Source: Octopus sinensis
Taxonomy: Eukaryota
Assembly: GCF_006345805.1 (NCBI RefSeq)
Contig: NW_021833757.1
Span: forward strand, 8,710 to 72,709
Direction of reading: 5' to 3'
DNA: 64,000 nt
This document shows, piece by piece, positions 62,551 through 64,000 of the stretch. The notes beneath the pieces are model-generated. The model did not search any database, was not told the DNA's origin, and saw only the letters and a list, made by a program, of their open reading frames with translations. Numbering within the stretch: position 1 is the first letter of the stretch; every line of letters starts with the position of its first letter. The position numbers were made by a program, and so were the translations under genes.

Positions 62551-64000
62551 AGTTTTCCTTCTTTACATATCGGAGGGTCTTGTAGGCGTCTTGGAGGTTG
62601 ATCCCGTCGTTAGAAGTGACCAATGACTCTCTGGAGGTCATCACCTGCAGTGGCAAGTCGAGGGCAACCACTTCCATCCTCGTCTGGTCGGACACACAGC
62701 ACAAATCATGTCCCGTTGAGTCACCAGGCCCAACAACCGTCTATTCAGTGTCACCGGGAAGCCAGAAAAGCCATGTTTATTGACCAGGATTTGTAATCTG
62801 CCACAGTAGTGCTGGGGGAGACGACAACTGGGTTCATAATGAAGCCCTGTTTGGAGGATTTGACTAGTCGGACATGACTGGCTTGTTTCTCGGGCAGACA
62901 GTTGTTGTGGATTATGCCTATGCCCCCCTCCAACTACCAATGTCGGTCAGTCAATACCGCCATGGCGATGGCGATTACAAATTTATAAACGAATTATGGC
63001 CAACTTGTGATTAACTGTAAGGTGCACATAAGCAAGAGCATTGAGATCTGGCGTTGAATAACCTATTAACAAGAATAAAGTAGAATTACCCTTCCATTTG
63101 TCAGTGTGTATCACTGATCCCAGTGCGATATTTTCCTGTATTGCAGCGGTTAGAGTTCTTTTGGAGCGATCTGGAACCATCTTGATGAAACAGTCTTTAT
63201 TTCCACGACAGATTCCCCCAACCACCCATTGTTGAGGAAGAATCCGTCCTGCTAAAAATAAAGTACTCTCTTATACCGTTTCTAATAGAACTATATGTTC
63301 GACACCCACTTTTATAACACAACCATGTTGTATTCTCCTGCTGTCGGAGAAGGGTAATAAAATGTCTGTTTTGACATTTTTTTTCTTTGAGAAAAATTCC
63401 AACCTCTTGAAGGAAGGCAACTGACTCCATTTCAGTACGGGGAAGTTCATAGTCCTTCAGTTTTGCAAATTTTCGCATGACAACTGTATCATTCATCTCC
63501 ATAAGCCGGTACAAAATTCAAATTTTTAAAAAAAAAATTAGAATAAAATTTACAAATTCGGCATAGTTCAATTTTTTAAATTTTCGATCTAATATTCATA
63601 CAAATTTTCATTAATTCATGTAGAGGCTATTTTCGTGCAGGATGAAATGCAACAGTACCAAATGAACATATATACTTGATTTTATTACGGAGGATCCGAA
63701 ATTAATAGAAATTATTCTGGAGAAAGCAAGAACAATGTTCGATAAATGGTCACTCAAAGTCAACGAAGAGAAAACCGAAATAACCACCGTCGAACGTATG
63801 CCAACTCGCATGGATGAGAAGTGGCGAAACGTCCGAAAACTCGGATCTCTTCTTGGCGATTCCGAAGATATTACCAGACAAAAAATATTATCAACAATTG
63901 CACTTAAAAAACTTCAATCTATTGGATGAGAAAAAACCAAATTTCGACTAAGATGCGCCTACGATTATATGATGCATTTGTCCGACCTGTTCTCATGTAC
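62551..64000 (-). repeat. Copy 3 of cassette (RTE scrap, Merlin 62977..63514, IMPDH 62551..62975) with private deletions
   Basis: Reverse complement of 30535..32615 with deletions near 63250 and 62977; runs off the window end. Confidence 0.93.

Noticed and set aside
2370-62975. IMPDH triplication as functional gene amplification (e.g. inhibitor resistance)
   Set aside because: All copies lack a start and are deleted, frameshifted or truncated.

Overview
AT-rich eukaryotic DNA, almost certainly from an animal (KLF, MEX3, atlastin, Lgl/tomosyn, H2A and IMPDH sequences; TTAGGG repeat), in which the spliceosomal introns I could delimit are all only 21-30 nt long. That points to a reduced parasite such as a dicyemid (inference; a myxozoan is the alternative). 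The window is a transposon graveyard. It holds non-LTR retroelements (CRE-like with an N-terminal PHD finger, R4/Dong-like, Jockey-like, RTE) and DNA transposons (Merlin/ISXO2, hAT, Ginger-like integrases, Tc1, pogo, Harbinger-like), interleaved with broken host-gene pieces. I see only one intact host gene, a 198-aa KLF. A mosaic cassette (RTE scrap + Merlin transposase + internally deleted IMPDH + hAT) occurs three times in alternating orientation, and one copy carries a young CRE insertion whose empty site is visible in another. The DNA transposases are densely interrupted by host-style tiny introns. All family calls come from motif recognition by eye, and boundaries without TSDs are approximate.
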